A stretch of 64,000 nucleotides of DNA from Alphaproteobacteria bacterium CG11_big_fil_rev_8_21_14_0_20_39_49. GTDB taxonomy: Bacteria > Pseudomonadota > Alphaproteobacteria > Rickettsiales > UBA6187. Below the pieces are notes generated by a model. That model was not told the origin of the DNA. It ran no database searches and saw only the letters and a list, made by a program, of their open reading frames with translations. The DNA is taken from assembly GCA_002787635.1 (NCBI GenBank), contig PCXK01000009.1:5770-69769 (forward strand). The letters are read 5' to 3'. Positions 9,981 through 19,099 of this stretch are shown here, in pieces. Each line of letters begins with the position of its first letter. Position 1 is the stretch's first letter. The translations under genes were made by a program, and so were the position numbers.

Positions 9981-10247
9981 TTATTTTTGGAGAGATTTTT
10001 TTTCAGATACCTTGTCAACAAAACCTGTTTTTTTGACAGGTTCTTTTTTTAATGCCTCCTCTTCAGATGTAACCGCATCACTTCTACTGCGACGCTTTAT
10101 TTGACTTGCCCCGTCTAATTTGTTTGCTTCTTCAACTATATCTGTGAATGAAAAAGACCTTACATCACCATCTACTTTTATATCGGGAGCTTTATCTTCC
10201 GGAATTGACGGCAGTTTGCTGCCTGATTTTGTCTTTGTATTTTTCAT
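9981..10247 (-). CDS. Hypothetical small Lys/Glu-rich protein
   Basis: The ORF is all there is (88 aa). No recognisable motif. Confidence 0.3.
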   Translation of the reverse strand: MKNTKTKSGSKLPSIPEDKAPDIKVDGDVRSFSFTDIVEEANKLDGASQIKRRSRSDAVTSEEEALKKEPVKKTGFVDKVSEKKSLQK

Positions 10248-10453
10248 GAATAGTTTATCCTATATTTCCAACATTAAGCACTATAAGTGTTAATATATTA
10301 AGGATTTACTCGTGTCAAAATATATGTATAAAAAATATCCGGCTCTTATAATCCGAGCTTACGGCAGTCCGGTGCCGGAAGAAAAACTATGGTTTGTAAA
10401 TTATATTATTACATATTATAAATACCGATAACAAAATATATGGTAAGGGACGT

Positions 10454-11425
10454 ATGGACGATAACATTATTTTTGCTTATAGTTTGGACGGTAAGGGCGG
10501 TGCTACTCCCATTACGGGCGAGAACATAGTTGCAGAAACAAAAAGTAAAAAGCTGTCATGGGTTCATCTTGACGCAAATCAGCCTGAAACCAGACAATGG
10601 ATAAAAAAAGAGGTCTCCTACCTTGACAGCCTCACTATCGAAGCATTACTTGCCGATGAGACAAGACCTCGCATGACTCAGATAGACGATGGGGTTATAC
10701 TTATCTTACGAGGAGTTAACCTGAATGAAAACTCCGACCCCGAAGATATGGTATCTGTCCGTCTATGGATAGACAAACACCGTATTATATCTGTCAGGAA
10801 ACGTAAGCTTAAAGCGGTTTTAGACATTGAAGAAAAAATCAAAGCCGGAAAAGGACCAAAAGATGCCGGTCATTTTATATGTATGTTGGTTTCACGCTTA
10901 TTTGAAAGAATGGAGCCTGTTTTAACGGAACTTGACGATTCTACCGATGATATTGAAGAAAAAGTTTTAGAAAATGCCGATGCGGCATTACGTGAGTCAA
11001 TAATTGACGTTCGCAAAAAAGCCATAGTATTTCGTCGCTACATGGCTCCGCAACGTGATGCTATCGGTCAGTTGCGTATGAGCGATGTTAACTGGCTAAG
11101 CGATACCGACAAAAGGCATTTACAGGAATCATATAACCACATAACCCGTTATGTGGAAGATTTGGACGCGATACGTGAACGCGCGCAGATAGTAAAAGAC
11201 GAACTGGCTAATATATTGTCGGACAGGCTTAACAAGAATATGTATGTTTTGTCTGTAATTGCGGCTATTTTCCTGCCTTTGGGATTTTTAACGGGTTTAT
11301 TGGGTATCAATGTCGGAGGAATACCGGGTGCAGAAAACAACTCGGCATTTATGATGTTTTCGGGAATGCTCGTAGCATTGGTTATTACTCAGATTGCTAT
11401 ATTTAAAAAATTAAAATGGTTTTAA
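10454..11425 (+). CDS. zntB: CorA-superfamily divalent metal transporter, ZntB-like
   Basis: 323 aa. Soluble N-terminal domain plus two C-terminal TM helices, with the loop motif FLPLGFLTGLLGINVGGIPG (a GxN motif of the ZntB type). Confidence 0.75.
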   Translation: MDDNIIFAYSLDGKGGATPITGENIVAETKSKKLSWVHLDANQPETRQWIKKEVSYLDSLTIEALLADETRPRMTQIDDGVILILRGVNLNENSDPEDMVSVRLWIDKHRIISVRKRKLKAVLDIEEKIKAGKGPKDAGHFICMLVSRLFERMEPVLTELDDSTDDIEEKVLENADAALRESIIDVRKKAIVFRRYMAPQRDAIGQLRMSDVNWLSDTDKRHLQESYNHITRYVEDLDAIRERAQIVKDELANILSDRLNKNMYVLSVIAAIFLPLGFLTGLLGINVGGIPGAENNSAFMMFSGMLVALVITQIAIFKKLKWF

Positions 11426-11481
11426 ATTAAGATTCCTTCAACTATAGCAAATTATAGAGGATTTTATTTAATTTTATTCAG

Positions 11482-11502
11482 ATACCCGCACAAGGCGGGT
11501 AT
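11482..11502. terminator. GC-rich hairpin between convergent zntB and DUF1013 genes (possible bidirectional terminator)
   Basis: atacccgc-acaag-gcgggtat: an 8-bp perfect stem in an otherwise AT-rich spacer. The U-tract is weak. Confidence 0.35.
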
Positions 11503-11582
11503 GACAATGCTTTTTGAAAAGTTAACATACTATAAATCGGCAAAAAATCGGCGAACCTATAGATTGTATAATGGTCATGCAC

Positions 11583-12131
11583 TTAAGCAGAGTTCTTTTT
11601 TTCCTTAGCTTCATTCACCACCCTTAATAAGACATCAAGGTCTCTTTGTGAACATAATCCCAATAAAACAGGGTCTCTTGGAGTCAGGTTGGCATAATTC
11701 CAGTGTGATTTTGTACGGATAGCCTCGATAGTTTTCTTGGTAGTACCGATAAGTTTTGTTATCTGCGAGTCTGTTGCCTCAGGGCAGTGTTTTAATATCC
11801 AAGCAATAGCATCGGGTTTATCCTGTCTTCTGGCAACAGGTGTATATCTGCTTTTTTTCTTGTTCTTTTCTTTTTTAAGATATTTTTCGGTATCGGCTTG
11901 TAATTTAAGCTTTGCTTTAGGGTCTTTCTCACAACGCTCTATTTCCTCACGGGTAAGCTGGTGCGATACTATCGGGTCTTTACCGATGATGCCTGACGCT
12001 ACTTCGCCATCTGCGATTCCCTGTACTTCTAAAGGGTGCATACCGCAAAATTCGGCAATTTGTCCAAAAGATAAAGCTGTATTATCAACCAACCAAACTG
12101 CGGTCGCTTTCGGCAATAAAGGCAATGTCAT
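11583..12131 (-). CDS. DUF1013 domain protein (alphaproteobacteria-specific, TrcR-like)
   Basis: MTLPLLPKATAVWLVDNTALSFGQIAEFCGMHPLEVQGIADGEV... matches my memory of DUF1013. I prefer the internal Met (12131) over the track start (12161). Confidence 0.7.
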   Translation of the reverse strand: MTLPLLPKATAVWLVDNTALSFGQIAEFCGMHPLEVQGIADGEVASGIIGKDPIVSHQLTREEIERCEKDPKAKLKLQADTEKYLKKEKNKKKSRYTPVARRQDKPDAIAWILKHCPEATDSQITKLIGTTKKTIEAIRTKSHWNYANLTPRDPVLLGLCSQRDLDVLLRVVNEAKEKKNSA

Positions 12132-12194
12132 CGTTTTCTCCGATTTAAAAATTATAAACAATCCTATTGGGGAAAAACTCCTTATACAGGCTGT

Positions 12195-13160
12195 TTAATC
12201 AATTTTCAAGACAATTTTGCCTATATGTTCCGATGTTTCCATTAGATTATGGGCTTTTTGCACATCATTTAGCTCAAATACCGTATCTATAACCGGTCTT
12301 ATATCACCGCTTTCTATCATGGGCATAATATATTCGATGAGTTCGTCCCTTATTTTCTTTTTGAATGCTAAAGGCTTGTTCCGCAAAGTAGTACCCTTTA
12401 CACAAAGGTTATTTATCAGTAACGGAACAAAATTAACCTCGGCTTTAGCTCCGCCCATCATGGCCATGGATATCAGGCGACCTTCTTCTTTTAGCACTTT
12501 CAGGTTTTTAGACCAATAATCACCGCCTACCATATCAATCACCACATCTGCCCCGCCCAGACCTTTTACTATTTCGACAAAATCCTGTTCTTTATAGTTA
12601 ATTGCGTTTTCAACGCCAAGAATCTCCAAAAAATCACATTTTTTCCTTGAACCTGCCGTTGCGATAGATTTTATCCCGAACCGATTTGCCATCTGTAGAG
12701 CAATTACACCTATACCGCTAGTACCGCCGTGAAAAAGCAGGGTTTCCCCTCTTTGCATATCTGCGTATGTAAATAAATTACTCCATGCCGTAAATAATGC
12801 CTCAGGCAAAGATGCTGCCTGTACATAGTCGGTATTTACAGGCATCGGCAGGATACAGGCTTCATTTGCTATCACATGGCTTGCATATCCCCCACCTTCA
12901 AGCAAAGCCATAACCTTATCGCCTTCTTTAAAAGCCGATACGTTTTCACCGGTTTCTATAATTATTCCTGAAACTTCAAGCCCCAATATATCGGAAGCCC
13001 CTATAGGCGGCGGATATTTGCCGTTTCTTTGCAGTATGTCAGCTCGGTTTACGCCTGCGGCACATACTTCTATAAGTACCTGACCGAGTTTCGGAGCGGG
13101 AATTTCACGACTACCTATCTTTAAAGGGACGCTATCCCCCGCTACCTCGACTGCTTTCAT
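12195..13160 (-). CDS. NAD(P)H:quinone oxidoreductase (zinc-type ADH superfamily, PIG3/Qor-like)
   Basis: 321 aa. VNRADILQRNGKYPPP and LFHGGTSGIGVIALQMA are typical of the MDR quinone oxidoreductase family. Confidence 0.85.
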   Translation of the reverse strand: MKAVEVAGDSVPLKIGSREIPAPKLGQVLIEVCAAGVNRADILQRNGKYPPPIGASDILGLEVSGIIIETGENVSAFKEGDKVMALLEGGGYASHVIANEACILPMPVNTDYVQAASLPEALFTAWSNLFTYADMQRGETLLFHGGTSGIGVIALQMANRFGIKSIATAGSRKKCDFLEILGVENAINYKEQDFVEIVKGLGGADVVIDMVGGDYWSKNLKVLKEEGRLISMAMMGGAKAEVNFVPLLINNLCVKGTTLRNKPLAFKKKIRDELIEYIMPMIESGDIRPVIDTVFELNDVQKAHNLMETSEHIGKIVLKID

Positions 13161-13183
13161 AACTATAACTTTATAGTATATTT

Positions 13184-13260
13184 GTCATTCCACGAATTTT
13201 GTTAGTAGAACAAAATTATAGTGGAATCCACAATCTAAAAAGTTAGGAAACTTTTTAGAT
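13184..13260. repeat. Palindromic repeat, family B (partial copy)
   Basis: gtcattccacgaattttgtt...aacaaaattatagtggaatccaca plus the hairpin tctaaaaagtt-agga-aactttttaga. Nearly the same sequence occurs at 56649-56772, and a fragment at 31886-31925. Confidence 0.6.
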
Positions 13261-13340
13261 TAGTAAATTAAAATTTACTTTATTATTTTTTTTTACAGAA
13301 CCCATATATAAAAGCTCTAAAATAAAAATACTATATTTAA

Positions 13341-13709
13341 TTAGTTCTCTGATAATGTGCGAACTAACAAGTTAATAGCATTTTGGTGCATTGGGTTTTT
13401 AATACGCAAAAAGTTACGTGAAACCTCAATACACATTCTTTGGTGCTGACTCGGCAGCATATCGCCGTTATCTTCCTCGACACCTTCAAAGAAAAATGCC
13501 ACAGGTTTATTCAAAGCTTTTGCTATAGCTGCCAATCTTCCTGCGGAGATACGGTTAGTACCTTTTTCATACTTTTGCAATTGTTGGTGTGTTACACCTA
13601 TTTTATCAGCTAACTGCTGACGGGATAACCCCATTGAAATCCGCAGTTCATGTATTTTCATACCGATATACGTATCAATCTTCTCTGTAAACTCATTTTT
13701 TCTTGCCAT
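13341..13709 (-). CDS. XRE-family helix-turn-helix transcriptional regulator
   Basis: HTH segment LSRQQLADKIGVTHQQLQKYEKGTNRIS. Start chosen at MARKNEF (13709), which has gggag 8 nt upstream. Confidence 0.8.
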   Translation of the reverse strand: MARKNEFTEKIDTYIGMKIHELRISMGLSRQQLADKIGVTHQQLQKYEKGTNRISAGRLAAIAKALNKPVAFFFEGVEEDNGDMLPSQHQRMCIEVSRNFLRIKNPMHQNAINLLVRTLSEN

Positions 13710-13919
13710 TTTTAATCTCCCGTATGTAATCCTTTTTAGCATTATTTGCTATCGTTTATATGTGCAACTTATGTGCCATTTTTTCGTTTGCACCCGTAGA
13801 TAGCAATAAACTCAAGGTTTATCAAGCAAAATAATTGTAATATTATTAGTTTTTTTAAAATATATTAATATAATAAACTTCTCAAATAACACCTTTGATA
13901 CACTAATATAACACACTCG

Positions 13920-13945
13920 GTTGCAAATTGAAACATTTTTGCAAC
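13920..13945. promoter_or_regulatory. Perfect 8-bp inverted repeat (GTTGCAAA-N10-TTTGCAAC) just upstream of the bolA ribosome-binding site
   Basis: Read directly from the sequence. It lies in the divergent spacer between the XRE regulator and bolA. Candidate operator, function unknown. Confidence 0.3.
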
Positions 13946-13962
13946 ACCGAAGGAGATTTTTT

Positions 13963-14250
13963 ATGACTATTTTTGATAGGATAAACCGAAAATTAAACGA
14001 ACAATTGTCGATTTTCAAACTAAAAGTAGAAGATGAGTCCCACAAGCACCAAGGACATGCAGGATATATCGAAGGTGGGGAAACTCATTTTAAGATAGAA
14101 GTAGTAACTGATGATTTCATCGGAAAAAGCAAGGTGGCAAGGCATAAAACGATATATAAAATACTCGGGCAGGAAATTGAGGATAGGATACACGCACTTT
14201 CCGTTACGGCACTGACAAAAGATGAATATAATAACAAAACAAAAAATTGA
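13963..14250 (+). CDS. bolA: BolA-family protein
   Basis: KLKVEDESHKHQGHAG...THFKIEVVTDDFIGKSKVARHKTIY is BolA-like. Start chosen at MTIFD (13963), preceded by aaggag. Confidence 0.85.
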   Translation: MTIFDRINRKLNEQLSIFKLKVEDESHKHQGHAGYIEGGETHFKIEVVTDDFIGKSKVARHKTIYKILGQEIEDRIHALSVTALTKDEYNNKTKN

Positions 14251-14373
14251 TTTTGTAAAATATCCTTAATAAAAGCCCACTATCGTACTATTGGTTCTGA
14301 AATAACTTTAAAATTTCAGGTAATCATACTTGCATAATTTCAATTTGATAAAATACATATGAGGAGACAAAAT

Positions 14374-14589
14374 ATGGCTTTAAATGTTACCGAAGGATTA
14401 GGACAAAAAGAAGAAGTAATAGAACAAAAGGCTAGAGAGTCTAAAGAGCAAAGCGAACAACAACCTGAAAGAACCGGCATCGCCGGACGCATAGTTGCCG
14501 AAAGAGCTGCCAAAGAAAACCGCTCGAAGGCAGAACAGGTTAATGAATCTAAAGCGGCTTCAATAGCAGCCGGTGCAGGTCGTCTATAA
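14374..14589 (+). CDS. Small hypothetical protein (71 aa, Glu/Lys/Ala-rich)
   Basis: AGGAG 7 nt upstream of ATG 14374, and a canonical terminator directly downstream. Confidence 0.5.
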   Translation: MALNVTEGLGQKEEVIEQKARESKEQSEQQPERTGIAGRIVAERAAKENRSKAEQVNESKAASIAAGAGRL

Positions 14590-14617
14590 TTACTATGAAA
14601 GAACAAATAATTTCAAA

Positions 14618-14642
14618 GGGAGGCATCAGCCTCCCTTTTTTA
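14618..14642 (+). terminator. Rho-independent terminator
   Basis: gggaggc-atca-gcctccc followed by a T7 tract. Confidence 0.75.
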
Positions 14643-14728
14643 TACACCGATAAATAGTTGACAAAAACAGTCATATATAGTATTAAAAACTTCGGATAAC
14701 ACATTAAAATTCAAAAGGAGTATAATTT

Positions 14729-14947
14729 ATGTCAGATAATGATTTAAGACAAAGAAAAGACCCTAGTTCAGGTGTGGACTTCCGTCACGGAAGCAGCATA
14801 CGCTCAAATTCGGTAACCGGTTCAAATTCAGAGAACATTTCCAACTCGCTAACTGTAGCGGCTATTTTATCAGGCGCTACTACAGCGGACTATAGAAGCA
14901 GCATTGAAGATGAACGTGAAAACGCTTCTCAGGAATTATCCCTTTAA
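14729..14947 (+). CDS. Small hypothetical protein (72 aa, Ser-rich)
   Basis: aaggag 8 nt upstream of the ATG, and a canonical terminator downstream. Confidence 0.5.
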   Translation: MSDNDLRQRKDPSSGVDFRHGSSIRSNSVTGSNSENISNSLTVAAILSGATTADYRSSIEDERENASQELSL

Positions 14948-14983
14948 GGATAAACCTGCAATATATGTAAGATGTTTTGCCGA

Positions 14984-15011
14984 AGAGAGGATTTAAGTCC
15001 TCTCTTTTTTT
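14984..15011 (+). terminator. Rho-independent terminator
   Basis: agagagga-tttaag-tcctctct followed by a T-tract. Confidence 0.75.
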
Positions 15012-15160
15012 ATGTAAAGATATTATACTATAAAAGCTGTGGAAAAAAACTAAATATAGTTGTTATTCGTAGATATATATACTACATTTAATTACTTGCA
15101 CCAGGTAGGAGCTAAAATTTATTTTAACTTTTTATAGCTAAATATTTAAGCTTACTACCT

Positions 15161-17269
15161 ATGGCAGAAGATGTAGCAGCAAAACAGGTGTCTTCCCTTC
15201 CCTTTGGAATGGATAAGATAATGCGGCATACCGATATTATGTTTGCATTGGGCATAATAGGTATTCTGGTTGTCCTGCTTGTTCCCGTCCCCACATTCAT
15301 GTTAGACCTTTTGTTGGGAGTATCCATAACTTTCGGGGTTATGATACTAATGACGGTGTTATTTATTGATAAGGCACTGGATTTTAGTTCCTTCCCTACT
15401 ATTTTGCTTGTTGCGGCAATGTTCCGCCTGTCACTCAATATAGCATCTACCCGCCTTATATTGGCAAACGGTCACGAAGGACCGTCTTCCGCCGGTCATG
15501 TGATTGAGGCATTCGGCGGCTTTGTAATGGCAGGTTCGGTAGTTATAGGGGCTATAGTATTCGGTATCCTTACCATCATTAACTTTATAGTTATAACCAA
15601 AGGTTCGGGGCGTATTGCGGAAGTTGCGGCACGTTTTTCTTTAGATGCCATGCCCGGAAAGCAAATGGCTATTGATGCGGATTTGTCGGCAGGTCTGATA
15701 AATGAAGACGAGGCAAAAAGACGACGCAAGGAGCTGGAGGACGAAAGCACATTCTTCGGAGCAATGGACGGTGCGAGTAAATTCGTGCGTGGTGATGCCA
15801 TTGCCGGATTGCTTATAACTTTTATTAACCTGATAGGCGGTATGATAATCGGGATAGTACAGCGTGACCTTAGTTTTTCGCAGGCTATCGAATCATATAC
15901 CATACTTACTATCGGCGACGGTCTGGTATCGCAGATACCTGCTTTAATAGTTTCCACTTCGGCAGGTTTGCTTGTTTCAAAATCAGGAGTAAGGGGTTCA
16001 ACCGATAAAGCAATATTCAAGCAGCTGGGAACTCACCCGCAGGCACTTGGGCTTGTCAGCTTCATTATGGCATTGATGGCTTTTATGCCTGCCATACCTG
16101 CCGTACCCTTCCTGTTTATCTCGGCTTCGGTTGGTGCTATCGCATGGAACGTATATGCGAAAGGCAAACAAAAAGAGGAAGTAAAAAAAGAAGAGTCCAA
16201 GCAGGAAAAAGCAAAAGAACAGCAAAAAGCCGTTGAAGAAGAGCCTATTTCCAACGTCCTGCAACTGGAGAACATAAAACTTGAGCTTGGTTACGGTTTG
16301 TTGCCTCTTATTAATTATGAAAAGGGTAATAAACTGCCCGACCAGATAAAGGCTCTAAGGAAGCAGATGGCAAAGGATATGGGCTTTGTTATGCCGTCTG
16401 TCAGGATTCAGGATAATATGCAACTGCAAAACCACGAATATGTTATCAGGATAAAGGATATTGAATGCGGAAGGGGAATGGTTCGCCCAGACATGCTGCT
16501 TGTAATGGATCCAAGGGGACAGAAAATAAATATTCCGGGCGAAGAGACCAAAGAACCTACTTTCGGGCTTCCGGCAAAATGGGTTGGCGAGTCTTCACGT
16601 GAGGACGCATTATTTAGGAACTATACCGTTGTTGACCCTCCTACGGTGATTACCACTCACCTTACCGAAATAGCGAAAGACAATATCAACGAATTATTAT
16701 CTTACAGCGAAACGCAGAAATTACTTGATGGCTTGGGCGAAGAGCATAAGAAACTAGTCGATGAGACGGTTCCTGAAAAAATGTCGGTCGGAGGTGTTCA
16801 GCGTGTATTACAAAACCTGCTTTCCGAGAGGGTGTCTATCCGTGACCTGCCTACCATATTAGAGGCAATATCGGAAGTTTCTGCATCTACCAAGAGCGTT
16901 ACCCTGATTACCGAATATGTAAGGGGGCGTTTATCACGTCAGATAAGCTTTGACAACGTCAATGACGATAATGTGATTGAGCTTCTGGCACTATCCTCAC
17001 TTTGGGAAAAAATGTTCACCGAAGGGCTGGGTGAAGGTGAAGACAGACAGCTTTCTATTCCTCCTTCAAAATTACAGGAATTCATCACTAACGTGAAGCG
17101 TGCCTTCAATCAGCATGAAATGCGTGGCGAAAGCCCCGTTTTATTGGTAAATCCGTCAATCAGACCCTATGTCCGCTCGGTAGTTGAACGTTTCCGCCCT
17201 TCTACGGTGGTATTATCACAAAATGAAATTCACCCTAAGGTAAAGATTAAAACTCTGGGACAGATATAG
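15161..17269 (+). CDS. flhA: Flagellar export apparatus protein FlhA
   Basis: 702 aa. FPTILLVAAMFRLSLNIASTRLIL, INFIVITKGSGRIAEVAARFSLDAMPGKQMAIDADL and MDGASKFVRGDAIAG are near-canonical FlhA motifs. Confidence 0.95.
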   Translation: MAEDVAAKQVSSLPFGMDKIMRHTDIMFALGIIGILVVLLVPVPTFMLDLLLGVSITFGVMILMTVLFIDKALDFSSFPTILLVAAMFRLSLNIASTRLILANGHEGPSSAGHVIEAFGGFVMAGSVVIGAIVFGILTIINFIVITKGSGRIAEVAARFSLDAMPGKQMAIDADLSAGLINEDEAKRRRKELEDESTFFGAMDGASKFVRGDAIAGLLITFINLIGGMIIGIVQRDLSFSQAIESYTILTIGDGLVSQIPALIVSTSAGLLVSKSGVRGSTDKAIFKQLGTHPQALGLVSFIMALMAFMPAIPAVPFLFISASVGAIAWNVYAKGKQKEEVKKEESKQEKAKEQQKAVEEEPISNVLQLENIKLELGYGLLPLINYEKGNKLPDQIKALRKQMAKDMGFVMPSVRIQDNMQLQNHEYVIRIKDIECGRGMVRPDMLLVMDPRGQKINIPGEETKEPTFGLPAKWVGESSREDALFRNYTVVDPPTVITTHLTEIAKDNINELLSYSETQKLLDGLGEEHKKLVDETVPEKMSVGGVQRVLQNLLSERVSIRDLPTILEAISEVSASTKSVTLITEYVRGRLSRQISFDNVNDDNVIELLALSSLWEKMFTEGLGEGEDRQLSIPPSKLQEFITNVKRAFNQHEMRGESPVLLVNPSIRPYVRSVVERFRPSTVVLSQNEIHPKVKIKTLGQI

Positions 17270-17283
17270 CAAAGGAAAATAAA

Positions 17284-17946
17284 ATGCTAAATTCAAGAAT
17301 AGAAATCGATTCAAGACGCATAGACTATATAAGGAAGGTTTTTGCACAAACCGATGAGGCACTTTCAAATGTAGGCTGTAACCTGCCCGACAATGAAAAG
17401 CGTATGCAAATAGGTGCTGACGAAGGCAAGACCCTATTCACTCTGGCAAGAATGATAAATGCACAAAAAATTGTTGAGATAGGCGTTTTGAACGGATATT
17501 CCAGCATCTGGCTGGCAAGGGCATTGCCTGAAGGAGGCAAGCTTTATGCACTGGAAAAAAGCAAGGAGCGAGCCGGTATATGCACCGGGAACTTTGAAAA
17601 ATGCAACGTTGCAGATAAAATCACCGTAATTGATGGCGAGGCTTTATCAAACCTTGATAAAATATCTTCTCACGGACAGTTCGATATGGTATTTATTGAT
17701 GCAGATAAAGCAAATTACTGTAATTACCTTGACTGGGCGGAACACAACGTAAGAAAAGGCGGCTTGATAATTGGCGATAATACTTTCCTGTTCGGCTCGG
17801 TATATGGCGACAACGTTCGCAATCAGCCTGAGGAAACCATAAAAATAATGCAAGAATTTAATAGCCGCCTTGCAAATATTGAAAAATACAGTTCGATTAT
17901 GATACCAACAACTGAAGGAATGACTGTTGCAGTTAAGGAATTTTAA
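17284..17946 (+). CDS. Class I SAM-dependent O-methyltransferase (CCoAOMT-like)
   Basis: IVEIGVLNGYSSIWLA (SAM motif I) and FDMVFIDADKANY. Starts 14 nt after the flhA stop. Confidence 0.8.
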   Translation: MLNSRIEIDSRRIDYIRKVFAQTDEALSNVGCNLPDNEKRMQIGADEGKTLFTLARMINAQKIVEIGVLNGYSSIWLARALPEGGKLYALEKSKERAGICTGNFEKCNVADKITVIDGEALSNLDKISSHGQFDMVFIDADKANYCNYLDWAEHNVRKGGLIIGDNTFLFGSVYGDNVRNQPEETIKIMQEFNSRLANIEKYSSIMIPTTEGMTVAVKEF

Positions 17947-17951
17947 AAATC

Positions 17952-18686
17952 ATGAGAATATCTAAAAGCATATTTAAACTATGCCTAATAGCAATATTAG
18001 CTAATGGCATTTATAACAACGCGTACGGCAACGAAGTCACTAACACGCCTTATTTACATTCAAGCAGCGATTTAGGCAATGATAACATAGAACTAAGTAC
18101 CGGATACTTATTATATGACTTCTACAATAAAAACCAAAACTCCAATGAAATTGAAAATCTCACTTTATATAAAAATCCCAACACTTCCTCTGAAAAGATT
18201 GGAGTAATAAGTGCAGAAAATTTTATATATATTTATAACGAAAAGTCTGAAAAGAAACCTCTAAATTCCATATTAATTGATTATGATACAGCTGTTTTAC
18301 CGGTAAATGAAAAAGACGGTTGGCTTGAAACTCAGTATGGCTGGGTAAAACCAAACACTTTATATAGCTATGTGTCATGGAAAAGCTATTTTGACGACCC
18401 TCATAGTAATATGATACAATCATATTATAATTTACCTTTATATAGCAATAGTACCAATAACGAAGCTACGGGATATTATACGGGCAGTTATGATCTATAT
18501 ATCAAAGAAATTGATAAGAACAATAACCGTATGTTAGTACTTGTTGACCAAAATGAAAGCTTTTCAAAGCTATGTAATGGCGATATCAAAATAAACGACA
18601 TTCCTGAAGGAAATATTGGCTGGATAGACTACATAAACGAAAAAGGACAAGCTCAGGTATTTATCCCATATCCTAAAGGCTGCTAA
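17952..18686 (+). CDS. Hypothetical secreted Asn/Tyr-rich protein (possible SH3b-like repeats)
   Basis: Signal-peptide-like N-terminus. Two segments end in GW-containing motifs (DGWLETQYGWVKP, GNIGWIDYIN). Confidence 0.45.
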   Translation: MRISKSIFKLCLIAILANGIYNNAYGNEVTNTPYLHSSSDLGNDNIELSTGYLLYDFYNKNQNSNEIENLTLYKNPNTSSEKIGVISAENFIYIYNEKSEKKPLNSILIDYDTAVLPVNEKDGWLETQYGWVKPNTLYSYVSWKSYFDDPHSNMIQSYYNLPLYSNSTNNEATGYYTGSYDLYIKEIDKNNNRMLVLVDQNESFSKLCNGDIKINDIPEGNIGWIDYINEKGQAQVFIPYPKGC

Positions 18687-18763
18687 AAACAATATTTCTT
18701 GCCGTTTTGATATTTTTTATCTATATAAGTATGCTTCTTATTAATTTAGTTTAAAATAAAAAC

Positions 18764-19096
18764 ATGCCGCACATAATAATTGAATATTCCGATAACTTAA
18801 AAAAAGATATCAAGGATTCGGGTATAACCGAAAAATTGCATAAGGCGGTCACAGAATCAGGCTTGTTTTCCCCTGATGCGGTAAAGGCTCGTGCTATAGG
18901 CTATAGCGACTATGTATTACCCGAAAGTGCTAAAAGCTTTATCCATATAACGGTTTCAATACTGGAAGGCAAAAGTACGGGTCAGAAAGCTTCGCTTAGC
19001 AACAGCGTATTTGATACCGCTCGTAAAGCTATCGCTTCATGTGACAAGTTGTCCGTGGATATCCATGAAATGGAAACCGAAAGCTATAGAAAGTAA
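18764..19096 (+). CDS. 5-carboxymethyl-2-hydroxymuconate isomerase-family (tautomerase-like) protein
   Basis: 110 aa. The N-terminal MPHIIIEYSDNL is the CHMI-family signature (catalytic Pro after the Met). Confidence 0.7.
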   Translation: MPHIIIEYSDNLKKDIKDSGITEKLHKAVTESGLFSPDAVKARAIGYSDYVLPESAKSFIHITVSILEGKSTGQKASLSNSVFDTARKAIASCDKLSVDIHEMETESYRK

Positions 19097-19099
19097 CGC

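Noticed and set aside
13812-14045. 77-aa minus-strand ORF in the XRE/bolA spacer
   Set aside because: It overlaps the bolA start and its RBS, is extremely AT-biased (Ile/Lys/Phe/Asn-rich) and has no RBS, so it is likely non-coding.
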